Below, piece by piece: positions 12,211 to 25,205 of a stretch of 64,000 nucleotides of DNA; the first letter of the stretch is position 1, and the number at the start of each line of letters is the position of its first letter. A program made the translations under genes and the position numbers. Below the pieces are notes generated by a model. It had not been told where the DNA came from, searched no databases, and was given only the letters and a program-made list of their open reading frames with translations. Source of the stretch: Camelus ferus (taxonomy: Eukaryota); contig NC_045697.1 in assembly GCF_009834535.1 (NCBI RefSeq), positions 17,920,001-17,984,000 on the forward strand, given 5' to 3'.

Positions 12211-14129
12211 TCTCCTGAAGTATGTCTATGGAATATTTAGAATGCTTGTGAACACATTTATGTTTATAAATGATGCCAAACCACCATTTTCTTACTTCAT
12301 GTATTAGTATAGTTTAATTCTTGGTCATTCCAAAAGACATGGTTAACTGGAATCTTTATAATTAGAGACATTTTAATTCTTATTTAAATATATGCTGCCT
12401 TATTCTCCCCCAAATTTGTCAACAGTTGACGACTCTGGAAACATGTTTTTGCAGTTCTGAAAACAATTTGATTCAGGAAAATTTTTTTTAATTTGAAGTT
12501 TTGTACTAAAGGAATTAAAACCTTATTAAAAACAACAGTGACCAGTTCTTTGATCAGATTATATCTTAAATCCTTCCACAGATACATGAAGGGACAGGCA
12601 GCATTTTATGTTTTACAGTCGACCTTCTTTCCCAAAGTTTCTCGGGCAGCTGTAGAGTTGTGGGAAGATTCTCCCGTGTTGTCCCTCTGTTTCCAAGCCT
12701 CTCATGTGGTTAGTTTGGTTCCACGTGACTGTGTTCTGGCCAGTGAGATGTGGGGATAAGGGATCTACGTGACTTCCAGACCTGGCAGTAAAACTCACTG
12801 CATCACAACCAGTGGTCATGGTTGGCCACTCTCTTGCCTTCCCATTTGGCTATAAACAAAGAACTTGCAAAGTGGAAGCAGCCAGAGCACATGAGTCACT
12901 TCTTGGAAACGTACCAGGAGAGCGCGCTGACTGCGCTGGACTGTGACGTGAGCAAGAAACAGGTGCTTGTGTTTAGTCACTAACATTTTTTGCATTTATT
13001 TGTTAAAACTTGCTGTAGGCCTATCCTGAGCATTATAGTGTAAATATAAAAATACAAACCATTTTAAAACAAAAAATCAAAAACCAATCATAGGAGGCTG
13101 GATGGCAGCAGCAGTGGATAGTTTTTTTAATCCCTAGTCCCCATCAAGCAGCTAGGATAGCAAAAGAGAAATCACAGTGATTCCATCTTCACCAACCTTT
13201 TTTTAAAGGCTGTATCTCCAAATACAGTCGCATGGGGGTTAGGGCTTCGGCATATGAATTTTGGACGGGGACACAATTCAGACCAAAACACTACCCGAAA
13301 GAAAAGGCTTTTAAGCACCCCCAGATGCATTACTCTCCCTGAATGTGACCAGGACCAGCCTCTACCTCAGCCATTACTGCAGTCCCAGCCACCTCCTGGT
13401 CTTATCCCAGATGGAAGGCTGAAGTAATAGGAACACCCATCTGTAAATATTTCCTGTAGTGAGGCCTGAGAGGCATTCTTCTTAACGTGTAGGACCTTTC
13501 AACCTGGATTTGTCATAATTCTTTTGATAACTGAGATAAATGTCTTGCTTACTACTGGGCTCTTGGTTCTGTTCCACATAGTCATGTACTGGAACAGCCC
13601 ATTCCTCAGTCACGGCAAATACATGAGTTTGCTTTAGCCCTTTATTGTTTCCTAAAATCCCAGCTCCTGAATGGACAACAGTTTGTGTGACGGATATAAA
13701 TCACTCACTGAGTTCAACGAACATTTGCTGAGTACTCATTGCATGCCAGATTCTCCAAAAGGCAGTAGGAATACAAAAATCAGTAAAATACAATTTAGGT
13801 CTTGGATTCGCTCTTTAGATACTGCTCCAAGGCAGAAGGAAAACCGGGAAATGATAACAGATCAAAATAAAGTATTTTCTAGGGAATAATGTCTTAATCT
13901 TCATGTGTGCACATTTCTACCTTTGCCTCTTAGACTGTAAATTCCTTGCACACAGGGAAGGGAAACTAAATGCTTTGTAAACAAAATGCTTCACTGACTT
14001 TGACGTGAGCTCTCAACATTTTTCTTATGTATAATAGAAGCATATTTTCAATATCTAGATTCCTGTTGCATTGTGGAGTGTGTGGCTTTCATTCAACCTC
14101 TTAATATATTTAATCTGTTCTTTGGAGGA

Positions 14130-14470
14130 AAGGGAGTAACTGGTCTCCAAAAATGGTTGTCCTCACTTCCTTCCCTCTTTGTAAGCATGTACTTTTCCAC
14201 CTATCAGGAAGTGGAATCCACCTCTTGCCCTTTTCAGTCTGGGCTGGCCTTGCAGCTGGCTTTGACCATCAGAATGTAATGAACGTGCAGTGATGCTATT
14301 TTGGGGCTTAGCCTTTAAGAAGCCTGGTAGCCCCCACTCAGCCTGGGAAGTCAGCTGCCAAGTAAGAAGTCCAGCTATCCAGAGTCCACCATGCTGTGAG
14401 GACGCCCAGGCTAGCCATGTTGAGAGGCTGCATTGAAAGAGAGGAGGGGATAAGGTCATTCTACTTACCA
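14130..14470 (+). mobile_element. MaLR (MLT1-type) LTR fragment
   Basis: GTGGAATCC...CTGGGCTGGCCTTG...TTTGACCATCAGAATG...CCACCATGCTGTGAGGACGCCCAGG motifs typical of MLT1F-like LTRs. Confidence 0.6.
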
Positions 14471-16915
14471 CAGAATCGTCTCTCTTAAGAAAATTAACAA
14501 AAAACCCTACTTATATAAACCATTTTCAAATATCTTCTGTTTTTCACCAAATATATATTTTACAGCTATACCACTCTGAGTTGAGATTCAACCAAGTTTT
14601 ATACATTGCATTTGTTTGTTCTATCTTTTAATTTGGGACAGTTCCTTCACTTTTCCCGTGACATTAACCCTGGGGATATCCGCCATTCTGGATTTGTCTC
14701 ATAAGACTTCTTAGTATTCAATTTCATCCTCTATCCCCTGTATTTCCTATAAACTGGGAGTGAGATCTAAAAGCTTGAACAGTTTCAGGTTAAACATTTT
14801 TGGCAAGAATATTTCATACCTACTTCATATTGTGTTTATAGCAGAAGTCAGATAAGAGAGATTTAATTTTTATTGAAGAATTCATCATGGTAGAGGAGGA
14901 AGTCCCCAAAAAGCCAGAGAATTGTGGCAGCAGGAAATCTCTTCACAAAATCAGAAAATATCCTCATTTACAGAGTGTGGTTAGATCACCCGCATTTCTT
15001 TGAAAACCTAATTCTTGTCCCACGTTTTTCATCAGTGAGTTTTTCTTAATTAGGCCTCCTTGATGATGATGATGATGAGTTGGTTTCCATCAAGCAAATG
15101 TACTAATTTGTCACAATATCAAAAGATTATTGTCCTAGATGGTAGTAATTAAGCACGAAGTCTCAGGAACAAAACACTTAACTTGGAACAAAGTCATGTT
15201 TGACTCCTGCGAGCTTTCCTTCATTGCGAGCAATTGTGCTTTCACTCAGTGCTGAGAAGGTCGCTAAGTGTTAAGTGGAACCACGGCTTGAACTGTGAAA
15301 GCATGTAACAAAAATACATTTGTCTAAGCAAGTTGCATTATTAATCATTTTATCCAGTAGATTTTAACCTGCTTCAGAATCCATGTAAGGAGTTCTTTGA
15401 GGAAATAAATCCTTAAGCTTTAAAGTTTCTGTTCTAGCACTAAGTAAGACAACAGATGTCACTTTTGGCTATAAATTTACTTATGTCCTAATATTGCTTA
15501 TTTTTAATAAATAGAAGGTGGGTCAAAATTCTCTTTTGACTAAGAGTTTGAGTAGACCTGTATTTAAGTAGTATTTGCAGTAGACCTGTATTTAAGTCCT
15601 GACTCTGCCCCTCTCCATGTCCTTGGGCGGATCTTGCAACCTCCCAGACTAGCCTTCTCTCCACGTGTAAAATACGTGATAATGCCAGCTTCAGAGGTTT
15701 ATGACAGGGGCGAAATAACGTGTATGTATTTTGTGAAAAGTGCGGTACAAATTCTGTTAGTTACAGATTCAGCTTCTATCCAAGCAGCTGTCTATGTGTA
15801 TTAATGGCGCTTTGGGAGTTTTGGTTTTAGATGATGAAATAAAGCGTACATCTGTGCTTATGGGTTTGGATTATTGCATAAATTTCTAGATTGGATATCA
15901 TCTTTCCCGGAGCAGGGTGCCAGATTTGGAATCAAAGGCTATTTTAAAGTTTTCTGTTGTGTGACACCCGAGGGGTTGATCTGGCTTTGAGAAGAAAAGG
16001 CACCTGAGGTCACTGGGTAATAGTAAGAGATTTATCCAAACCTGAGTCCCTGAGAAACTAAGTGACATTTCAAAAGGTATTTGTTCAGAATCCTGACATC
16101 CAGTTCCAGCCAGTGAAATGCTAATCTGGCAGTCGGTGGCTGGGGCCTCTGCAGGTCGCCTTGTGTTTTTTTTTTTAGAGCTGAAAATTGAAAGCATGTG
16201 ATATCAAAAAGAAGCAGCTAATCTACTCTGTATGCAAAGAGATGTGTTTATTTTTCCTCTGACTCCAGGAACCCTGGCTGCGCCTCAGCTCTGATTACAC
16301 AATTTCCACCTGACAGTGAAGGCTTCTGGAACTACTGAGGCTTTCAGAAACAGTGGAAAAATCGGGTAGCCTTGTCTTCCCCAAGAGTCATAAAGTTGAA
16401 TAAACATTTAGGGCTGATCCCCTGGCTGCAGGAACTGGTTTAACCAGATTCGGTGATGCTTATGCCCAGATGCCTGTCAGGGTAAATATAATCTCCTTTA
16501 ATCTCGGTGTGGCGTTGGGAACAATCCAGAAATCTGTTCTAACTTTCACGTGTTTGTTTTAAATTGCAGCGCTTATAGGCAATCAGAAACTGCCTTTAAA
16601 CCCAGGCACTGGTTTAAACTGAGGTCACCGCTGCTCTGGTACAGTTTCTAAGCAATTCACCATCCAGCTACACTTGCTCTCCGTGCTGTCGGTGAGTTGG
16701 AAATGAAGGAGTCCCTGACTCTCTAGCTTAAATGCTGCTCATCCGCGAGGACAGCATCCTCCTTAATATGTTTGGGGGGGGGCAAACATTACTACTACCC
16801 TTAAGTTTCGAAAGTCTGTGGCCCAGAGAGGGCAAGTTGTCATCGCTGACGTGGAAATTTGAAATAATCTACGGAGGAACACGGTAGAAAAAGCCTTTGA
16901 CTCTGAATGAAGAGA

Positions 16916-17432
16916 TGAAAAGGCAGCAGACTACGCCACTCCCAAATATGCCAGTTGGGCACAAGAATGATTTGGAGATAATGGCAATTGAGAATCAGCA
17001 GATGTAAGAAAAGCTCTCTGCCCTCCCCTTATCTGCCTAAAAAGCAAGACGTAATCTGTAAAGATATCCCCATTCCCCCACCCCCAACTTCCCTCTGTAC
17101 CAAGAAGAACAGAAGTTAATCCCTAGTTTCGATTCTAGACCCTTATTTACCTTTAGTTTCCCCATATCCTTGCCTTCCCCAAATTTGTCCCTCACAGGAG
17201 CTCAAAGTCCTTTTCATGTTTTGTCATGTCTCTAAAAATGTGCTGTTCTCCTATCAAGATGCTGTATAAGTGCAGGTTCTAACACCTCTTTGAGGTGCCC
17301 CCCTCCGAGTGCTCCCACGTGCATGCCTGATACACGTTTATAAATGTCTGCTTGTTAGTTTTATTTTTTGTAGGGCTTCAGTTGGAGAACCCAAGATGGG
17401 TAGAGGAAGGAGAATTTTCTTCCTTCCCTGCA
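16916..17432 (+). mobile_element. Solo ERV1-class LTR (MER34-like)
   Basis: TG...CA ends; CCACTCCCAAATATGCCAG...GGCAATTGAGAATCAGCAGATG...GCTCTCTGCCCTCCCC resembles recalled MER34-type consensus; internal TATAA; TSD not clean. Confidence 0.65.
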
Positions 17433-17669
17433 AGATCAAGTAGACTCTAGTGGAGGTTCTAGTCATACTTTGGGGAGGTTATTTGTGTTTCCAGTTAATG
17501 TATCTGTGCGTGTATGTATATGTATACGTATGTATGTGCAGGTGTGTGTGTTTACTTACTTAGCTAACAGTGCTACAACTTATAAAGTTCTTACTCTGCC
17601 ATGTAGCTGTTAGGACACTGCTCCTTTTTTTTTCTAAAATGTGTTTGTTGGGATGGTTTCCCATTCATC

Positions 17670-17780
17670 TTTTGAGGGGGGTAACTAAATTTGTTTGTTT
17701 ATTTAGTGGAGGTACTGGAGATTGAACCCAGGACCTCGGGCATGCTAAGCATGCACTCTACCACTGAGCTATACCCTCCG
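17670..17780 (-). mobile_element. tRNA-Ala-derived SINE (vic-1-like)
   Basis: Reverse complement of GGAGGGTATAGCTCAGTGGTAGAGTGCATGCTTAGCATGCCCGAGGTCCTGGGTTCAATCTCCAGTACCTCCA plus tail. Confidence 0.88.
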
Positions 17781-18599
17781 ACCCCTTCTGTAAAATTATT
17801 CTCTTTGGATTTCCAGTAAGTTCTATTTCCCCTTGGCTCCGTAGACTTAGGGGTGGAAATAACTTCCTACCGTTAATCACCCTCAGGGAATGCACATTCC
17901 CTGGGTAATTGAACTTAACTCTGGTAAACTGTCCCCTCACAAAACTTTCTTCAATTACCCAACGTGAGCGCACCATCTGTTTCCTGCCAGGATCCTGCAT
18001 GTCACACGTGTGATCTCATTTCATTCTTCCTGCCAACCAGAAGCGATGGGTATTATTACCCTCTTCGTACACCTGAGAAAGGCTCAGAAATGCTAAACAA
18101 CTGGCCTGAAGTTACATAATTAACTTGTAAATGGTAGGGGCAGGACTCAAAGGGAGGTGTGCGTGACTCAGGGACCCCTTCACCAGACTGAAGCACACTG
18201 AATTAGCCACAGGGTCCCAAATTTTCCCCTTTGTCCTCTTCTCATAAAGAATACTTTGCCAACCCGCATGAGTCTCTTAAAATGAAATCCATTAATAATG
18301 TAATCTATCCAAACACCTCATTTCAACTAAGATGCACAAAATATTTTAAAATAAAAGGATAGTTACAATAAAACATGTATTTCACATATGAATGCTCAGC
18401 ATGACCACATTATTATATTACAATGAAGCTGTCAGATGCACCTACCTTCATGATCATGAATACACTTGGATTTAAGATAAGTAACACAAAATTGTTTTTT
18501 TTTTCCTTTATATATGACTTTTTGAAATCAGAGCTAAATTCGGATATTCATGTAGAATCACTCAGGTAGATTAGGTTTTGCTCACAAATATTCACCGTC

Positions 18600-19004
18600 T
18601 CCCCGCCACCTCCGTGGGGAGAGTGTTCTTTTCCTCCCCCCCCACACCCCCCAGACCTTGGGCTTGCCAGTGTGGTCTGCCCTGGCCAAGTGGCATAGCA
18701 GCAGGCAAGGCTGAACTAAGGTGTGAAATGCGCTGGGCAGGGGGCCTTGCCCACCTGGGTCCCTGCCATTCTCATGCTGCCCCTCCAGCCTGGGCCCATG
18801 ATGAGATATAGGGAGCAGACCTGAGCCCAACTCACGCTCGGAGAAAGCCCCGCTGACCAGGCGTCAAGCGGAACTGCCCCGCTGAGCCCCGCCTGCATCC
18901 GCCAACCCCTCGCTAACCCACAGATGTGCGGGGGAGAACGATGTGTTCTAAGCCACCGTGTTTTAGAATGATTTATTATGTGTGAAGAAACTGCTGACAG
19001 ATGC
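18600..19004 (+). mobile_element. MaLR (MLT1-type) LTR
   Basis: 3' end TGTTCTAAGCCACCGTGTTTTAGAATGATTTATTATG...CTGACAGATGCA is typical of MLT1. Confidence 0.55.
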
Positions 19005-20029
19005 AATCATCATGAAGGTAACGGCTTTAAAGGTGGATACAGATGGGATGTACTGGGGATTCAAGGAACATGAGCCATGTTGCTGTTGATCACGTGAGTT
19101 TTCCACAATGGTGAACAATTTTTTTTTTCCTGGACAACGCACAGTATAATTTCTCTTTAATACAGACAGTGGTTGCATACCTGTCATATTCAGATATATG
19201 AAAACTGCAAGTAACTACTTTGTGAAAAGTTAGAGTCTAGATTTAAAAACTATAAACAGGTTATTCATCTACATAAAATGTCTTTCCAGATTAGAAAAGT
19301 TGTGCAGAGCCTAGAGTAATTAATTCTTCATTGCACAGGACTGTCCTAACACTTACAGACCACTTAGCACACAGCCCCTGTCCTCCAAATTCCAATAGTG
19401 CCTCCCAGCCCCTGTGCCAACCAAAAACACCTCCTGGCATTTTCAAAATGTGCCCCTGGGAGGTGGCACAGCCCTTGTTGGAATCACTAGATGAGATGAC
19501 TCAGTGCTTCCTTCCAGCTCAAATATTCTCAGATTTTCTGAGTCTGATTTTAGTTGTCATTCAATCAGTGAATATGTACTAAATGTCTGTTATGTGCCAG
19601 CATCGTGGATATAAGAATAATACACAACCTTTGCTCTCAAAGGGCTTACGGTGTAGAGGGAAGCACAAACCAGCAATCAGGCAATTCTCATGTACAGCGA
19701 TGAGCGGTACCAGTGCTGGATGGTCAGGATGCTACAGGAGGACGTCCATAAGAGGAGCATCTAACCTAATCTTGGGGCTCAGGAAAGGCTCTCCCAGAGG
19801 AGGTGATGTCTAAGCAGTCATAAGAGAGGTCTGGTTATTAATTAAGCAAATAGGAGTAAGAGGTGAACAGAGGGGAAGGAGTAGGCAGCATGCTCTTTCC
19901 CTGAAGCAAGGACCTGGATGACTTATCTGCGGAGATTGTTGAGGGAGCACGAGCATTGAGTTGGAGGGATCTCGGTTCAAATCTGACCGCTGCTATAACC
20001 CTGAGCCGTTTTCATAGCTAAGCTTTATG

Positions 20030-20245
20030 AATTTCTTGCTATGTTCCAGGCACTCTGGTAAGTGCACGCTGTGGATTACTTCTTTTAATCCTCCCAACCA
20101 ACAGTACCTAAAAGGGTGGGTACTATTATTATCATCCCTCTGTTTACAGAATGAGAAACTGAGGCACAGAAAGGTTAAGTAACTTGCCTAGTCTAGCAAG
20201 CGGTGGTGTGGGATTAGAACCAAGACAATCTGACTGTAGAGCCAA
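20030..20245 (-). mobile_element. MIR SINE
   Basis: MIR core ATTATCATCCCTCTGTTTACAGAATGAGAAACTGAGGCACAGAAAGGTTAAGTAACTTGCC. Confidence 0.8.
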
Positions 20246-21000
20246 CGTTCCTCCCCTCTCCCCTGCACAGCCTAACCTGGGATCCTGTTTCCTCAGCTGT
20301 GTGGTATGTGTAACAGCAGCTCCTGTAAGCTGATATGTAAATGAAATGTTTATATATTTAAGCACCAGGCACATTGGTAGAATATTTTTTAAAACAGTTG
20401 ATTCAACTTCTGATCCTTCCATTTTCAAGGGAGGAGCAGCATACAGTGTGCGTGATTTTAGTTACAAATCTGGAGAGCATACAGTGTACGTGATTTTAGC
20501 TTGTACAAATCATGTTTTTGAAAACTGAAGTGCCATTAAAAGAAAATGTATATTAAAATTAAGTTTGATTACATGTAAGAGAAAACACAAAAAACAAGTG
20601 GCTTAAACAGACAAGGGTTTACTCTCACGTGAAAGGAGTTGAGTTTGACAGTCCAGTTTCTCCTTACTTTCTCTCAAGTTCACCTCAAGGTCCAAGATGG
20701 CTGCAGGAGCTTCAGTCTTTGTACCTGCCTTCCACAGCAGGAAGGAGCAGGGGGAAAGAATAGGAGATAAACCTCCCAGTTGAGTTGATTCCCTCAAGAA
20801 GGACTCCTGCTTAGTCTGGGATTAGGACACACTGATGATGGGGTACCACAGCCCCGCCTCTCCCTGTAAAGCAGGCAACACCACTGTGCTGGTCGTGCAC
20901 CCGAGCTCCCTGAGCATCAGGCTGAGGCTGGACTCCAGCTGAAACCACGTCTCTGCCTCACTCTCCTGCTTCTCTTCCTTCCTTCCAGGTTTCTCCTTCA

Positions 21001-21055
21001 AAACAAACAAACAAACAAACAAACAAACAAAACCAAAAAACAAACAAACAAAAAA
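21001..21055. repeat. (AAAC)n microsatellite
   Basis: Directly visible AAACAAACAAAC tract. Confidence 0.9.
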
Positions 21056-21719
21056 CTTGCGTAAGAATCAACCTGGGCTCTGCTTCTAGGAACCCCACAG
21101 TGTGTTCTTTTTTCCTGCCATAATCTGCCTCTTTATAATCTCACCCAGGTTCTACCGCATTGAGTAATCCAGGATAAATGGAATTCTCTTCCATAGTGTA
21201 GCACCTCTATATATTTGAACACAGCTGTAAAAGAGTGATGATATGTACATACCATTTGACTGTTGACAAAGAACTCTTGTGTTCATTTTCTCGTATAATC
21301 CAGCACTCCCTCTGCTTGATGACAGATATTGCTATTTTGGGGAGGAGGCGCCAAATTCGAACATGTTTTAGTAGCATCTGCAGTTATACTCTGTGAGATG
21401 GGAGTGTGGCAAGGGTCTGTCTCAGACAGTCCTGCCGTGTCTCCCAGCTTTTCTCTGCTCAAGGATTTTGTTGTACAAACTAAAAACATTATTAGACAAT
21501 AAAATAAAAAATTCATAAATTATTGCTCATATTTATAACCTCTTCAGCAAAGATCCAACATATGCAATGAAACATACATATATTTACAACCAGACCAAAT
21601 CTTTGCTCTACTGAAGGGTCATCTCATCTCCCGGCTAAACTCTAACGCTAGGAGGGTACTGACAGGTGCTAAGGTGCTAAGGCTGAGGCAGAAAATAGGT
21701 GAGCTTATTGTACAGGGTC

Positions 21720-22150
21720 CAACGAGTTGCCTGGGAGTCGTCCCCCGCCCCCACCTCATCCCAGCCTACTCCACCTCTGGCCCGGGACCCCTGGGTGGCA
21801 GCCTCTGGCCTGCCTGGGACAGGGTTTAGAGGCGTAGCCTCAGCCTCAGCGGCCGAAGATCCTCCTAGGAGCGCGGGGGCGCTGTGAGTCACTGCGGGTC
21901 ATGGAGGCGCTCTGTCTCAGCCTCGTTGGTTCGGACCGAGGCTTTCGGGACGGCGGCGGGAAGATGGCGGCCCCCAGGGACCAGCTTGGAGCCGTGGAGG
22001 AAAAGGGAAGCTCGGGTCGCCAGGGGAGCTCAGGAGTCGAGGTGGTTTTTCCCTCCGATCCCGCCACCTCCGCCCCGCTGTGCCCTCACGGTGGGTCCGC
22101 GTTTGGGCTCAGGCTGGCTGTCAGGCGCCAAGGGGCGTGGGTTAGCCTGA
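21720..22150 (+). promoter_or_regulatory. ZCCHC4: CpG-island promoter of ZCCHC4
   Basis: GC/CpG-rich segment over exon 1; GC box CCCCGCCCCC 21743-21752, AP-1 TGAGTCA 21885-21891, E2F-type GGCGGGAA 21955-21962, YY1 AAGATGGCGGC 21961-21971 overlapping the start codon; no TATA box seen. Confidence 0.85.
21964..22090 (+). CDS. ZCCHC4: rRNA N6-adenosine methyltransferase ZCCHC4, coding exon 1
   Basis: aagATGG Kozak; MAAPRDQLGAVEEKGSSGRQGSSGVEVVFPSDPATSAPLCPH(G)|gtgggt; 127 nt. Confidence 0.93.
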
Positions 22151-22829
22151 AGGTGCCATGGGCTTTTAGGACTCCCGGATTTTTTATCTGCCTCTCTTCC
22201 CCACCGTGTGTGATGCCTTTCTCTGGAAGTTGTGGTTTTCCACTTAAGAAACCGTCGTAGAAAGTCCCCACAGTTGTGGTTTTGGCTCCACAGCTATTAC
22301 ATCTTTTTGAAGGGACGAGGCAGAGGCTAGACAAACAGGATGCATGTTACTGAGTAATTCCCATTGCCAAGTACTTGGAGATTTCATGTGTTGCTTTGCC
22401 ATCTTTTCAATTAAAAAAACATTAGGGAGCAAGATAGAATGAATTCTTGCTTAGAAACCAGACCCAATTTTTCTGTAACTTGGGGGAGAAAGGGTATGTA
22501 CAACTATAAAGCTCAGATTTTCACTGAAAGGATAGATGAGCAGAGGTTTCAAAGTTCTCAGTTGTTGGACCCTTCCTTGTGTCAGGACACAGGCCGTTCA
22601 CCATGTGGACCGCAACTAAACTGACGATAGCATTTTCTTTCTGGAGAGACCAGTTTTGAAAACTTTTAATTTCTTAAGTAGTCAGGGCCTGAATGTCGTG
22701 ACCTTAGGGGGAAAAATTACTTAGAATAGTACATTTAATTATGATAAGTTGTGCATTAAACTAAAACCAATTTTATTTAAGGGCGGTGGAAACTAGGAAC
22801 TGACATGTTTTTTCCTATTCTAAAACTAG

Positions 22830-22948
22830 GACCCACTCTTCTGTTTGTAAAGGTGAACCAAGGGAAAGAAGAAACACGGAGGTTTTATGCCTGCTCAGCT
22901 TGTAGAGATAGAAAAGATTGTAATTTTTTTCAGTGGGAAGATGAAAAG
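22830..22948 (+). CDS. ZCCHC4: ZCCHC4 exon 2 (GRF zinc finger)
   Basis: ctag|GA...AAG|gtatgt; [39 protein letters not shown]; 119 nt. Confidence 0.97.
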
Positions 22949-23346
22949 GTATGTAAACTTTTTGGCTATATATATATATGTTTTTTTAACAGGGGAAAAT
23001 CAAATTATTATGGGCACACGGAATTCTCATGGAAATGAAGAATTCCCTATTTTAAAATTTTTGATGTGCGTGATATTTTATTGAGAATGTATAGATAAAT
23101 CTTTTCAGAGATGAAGATACCATGTTTTTTGGCTGGAGAGACTGGTGTTTATATTTGCTCTGAATTTACTCTGATTACTGATGTCTTAAACTACTATCTC
23201 AAAGACTGAGTTCCCTTTAAGACTTTCTGAGATGTTATTACGGAGTTGCAAATACAGATTTCTCCCAAAAGAGTATAGGTGATGGTCATTCAAGGAAGTG
23301 TTTTAGAAAAACACTTTCTTGGGAACATTTGCATTGGACATCCTTT

Positions 23347-23541
23347 TATTTATTTATTTTTTAAATTGAAGTATAGTTGGTTTACAATGTTAGGTTAATT
23401 TCTGGTATACAGCAGAGTGATTCAGTTACACATGTATATATATCTAGTCCTTTTCATTATAGTCTATTACAAGATATTGAATATAGTTCCCTGTGCTATA
23501 TACTAGGACCTTGTTGTTTAACAGTTTTATATATAATAGTA
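23347..23541 (-). mobile_element. Short 5'-truncated L1 3' end
   Basis: Antisense L1 3'UTR (TTTAAATTGAAGTATAGTTGGTTTACAATG...); TSD TGCATTG(G/A)ACATCCTTT at 23330-23346 and 23542-23558. Confidence 0.82.
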
Positions 23542-23962
23542 TGCATTGAACATCCTTTATACAGCTGTTGGATGACCGATGAAGGCACTTAGAGATAGTT
23601 ATGAGCTTGGTATCCTCTTGGACTCAGCTCCAATTAAAGTTTCTGAAAGTTTTAACTAGAACATTTTCAGGTTTGTTAGGTTTATTGGAAAACAGTCTTG
23701 TATGCGCCTCTTCTGCAGACTTGTTAAAATCACCAAGTGTGATTAACCTCTCAGTGCTTTAATAGTTGGTTACTGTTTCAAACCGCTCTAGGATTTTCCC
23801 AGGTTAATGTTTTGTTTTGTTTTCCCCTGAAATGAATGTTTGTTTACAACTTTGAGCTGCTTGAATTTCTGGCTTCTCAATGTCAGAATGTGATACTAGT
23901 TTTTCTAGGGTAGTAGCAAATTTGATGGTTTATTAAGTGGCTTTACTTTTGCACTCTTTCAG

Positions 23963-24045
23963 TTGTCAGGAGCTAGACTTGCTGCCCGAGAAGCTCATAA
24001 TCAAAGATGTCAGCCTCCTTTATCCCGATCACAATGTGTGGAAAG
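23963..24045 (+). CDS. ZCCHC4: ZCCHC4 exon 3
   Basis: tttcag|TTG...GAAAG|gtactg; [27 protein letters not shown](R); 83 nt. Confidence 0.96.
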
Positions 24046-24110
24046 GTACTGATGCAGTGTCATTTTTCATTTACTATCCTTTTTTTCCCCTGTGCCCTTA
24101 AGTTTAATTA

Positions 24111-25205
24111 ATTTATTTTTATTGTGATAAAGTATATCTATAACATAAAACTTGCCAATTCAGTGGCCTTAATTACATTAACAGTGTTGTGCAACCATCA
24201 CTGCTATCAATTTCCAAAACTTTTTCATCACCCTAAATGGAAACTCTGTCACCATGAAGCAGTAACTCCCTATTCCACCTTCCCCCAGTCCCTGGTAACT
24301 TCTAATCTACTTTTTGTCTGTATGAGTTTGACTATTCTAGGAACCTCAGATAAGTGAAATTATCAATATTTGTCCTTTTGTGACTGGCTTACTTCACTTA
24401 GCATGTTTTCAAGGCCTATCCATGTTGTAGCATGTGTCAGAAATTTATCCCTTTAATGGCTGAGTAATATTCCATTGTATACATGTACCATATTTTGTTC
24501 ATCTGTCAATGGACACTCAGGTGTTTCTACTTTTTGGGTATAGTGACTAATACTCAAAACATCAGTATAAATATCTGTTTGAGTCCCTCTTTTTATTCCT
24601 TTTGCATACATGCCTAGGAGTGGAATTACAGGATCATATGATAATACTATATTTAGTTTTTTGTGGAACTGCTAACCTGTTTCCTACAGTGGCTGCACCA
24701 TTTTACATTCCCCCCAGCAATGCATGAGGGTTCCAATTTCTCCATGTCCTTACCAACATGTGCTATTTTCTGTATTTTTTATTATAGCCATCCTAGCAGT
24801 TGTGAAGTGGTATGTCATTGCGGTTTTGATTTTTATTTCCCTCATTACTAATGATGCTGACCATTTTTTCATATGCTTTTTGGCCATTTGTATGTCTTCT
24901 TGGGGGAGTGTCTGTTCAAGTCCTTTGTCCATTTTTAATAAGGTTGTTCATCTTTTTGTTGTTGAGTTGCAGGAGTTCTTTATATGTTCTAGATGTTACA
25001 CCCTTATTACATGATTTGAAAATGTTTTCTCCCATTCTGTAGGCTGTCTTTTCACTTTCTCAGTGATGTCCTTTGATAACATAAGAGTTTTTAACTTTGA
25101 TGAAGTCCAACATCAATTCTTTTGATATTACTGCTTGTGCTTTTGGTATCATAGCCAAGAATTCATTGCCCAATCCAATCTCATGAAGATTTACTGTAAT
25201 TTTCC
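24111..25205 (-). mobile_element. Old L1 (L1MA/L1MB-type) 3' portion
   Basis: Antisense ORF2 C-terminal remnant (EDIQMAKKHMKKWSASLVMREIKIKTAMTYHFT in ORF 24750-24932) and 3'UTR. Confidence 0.85.

Noticed and set aside
15551..15597. CRISPR-like repeat-spacer-repeat
   Set aside because: Only two repeats with a 9-bp spacer in mammalian DNA; no array or cas genes.
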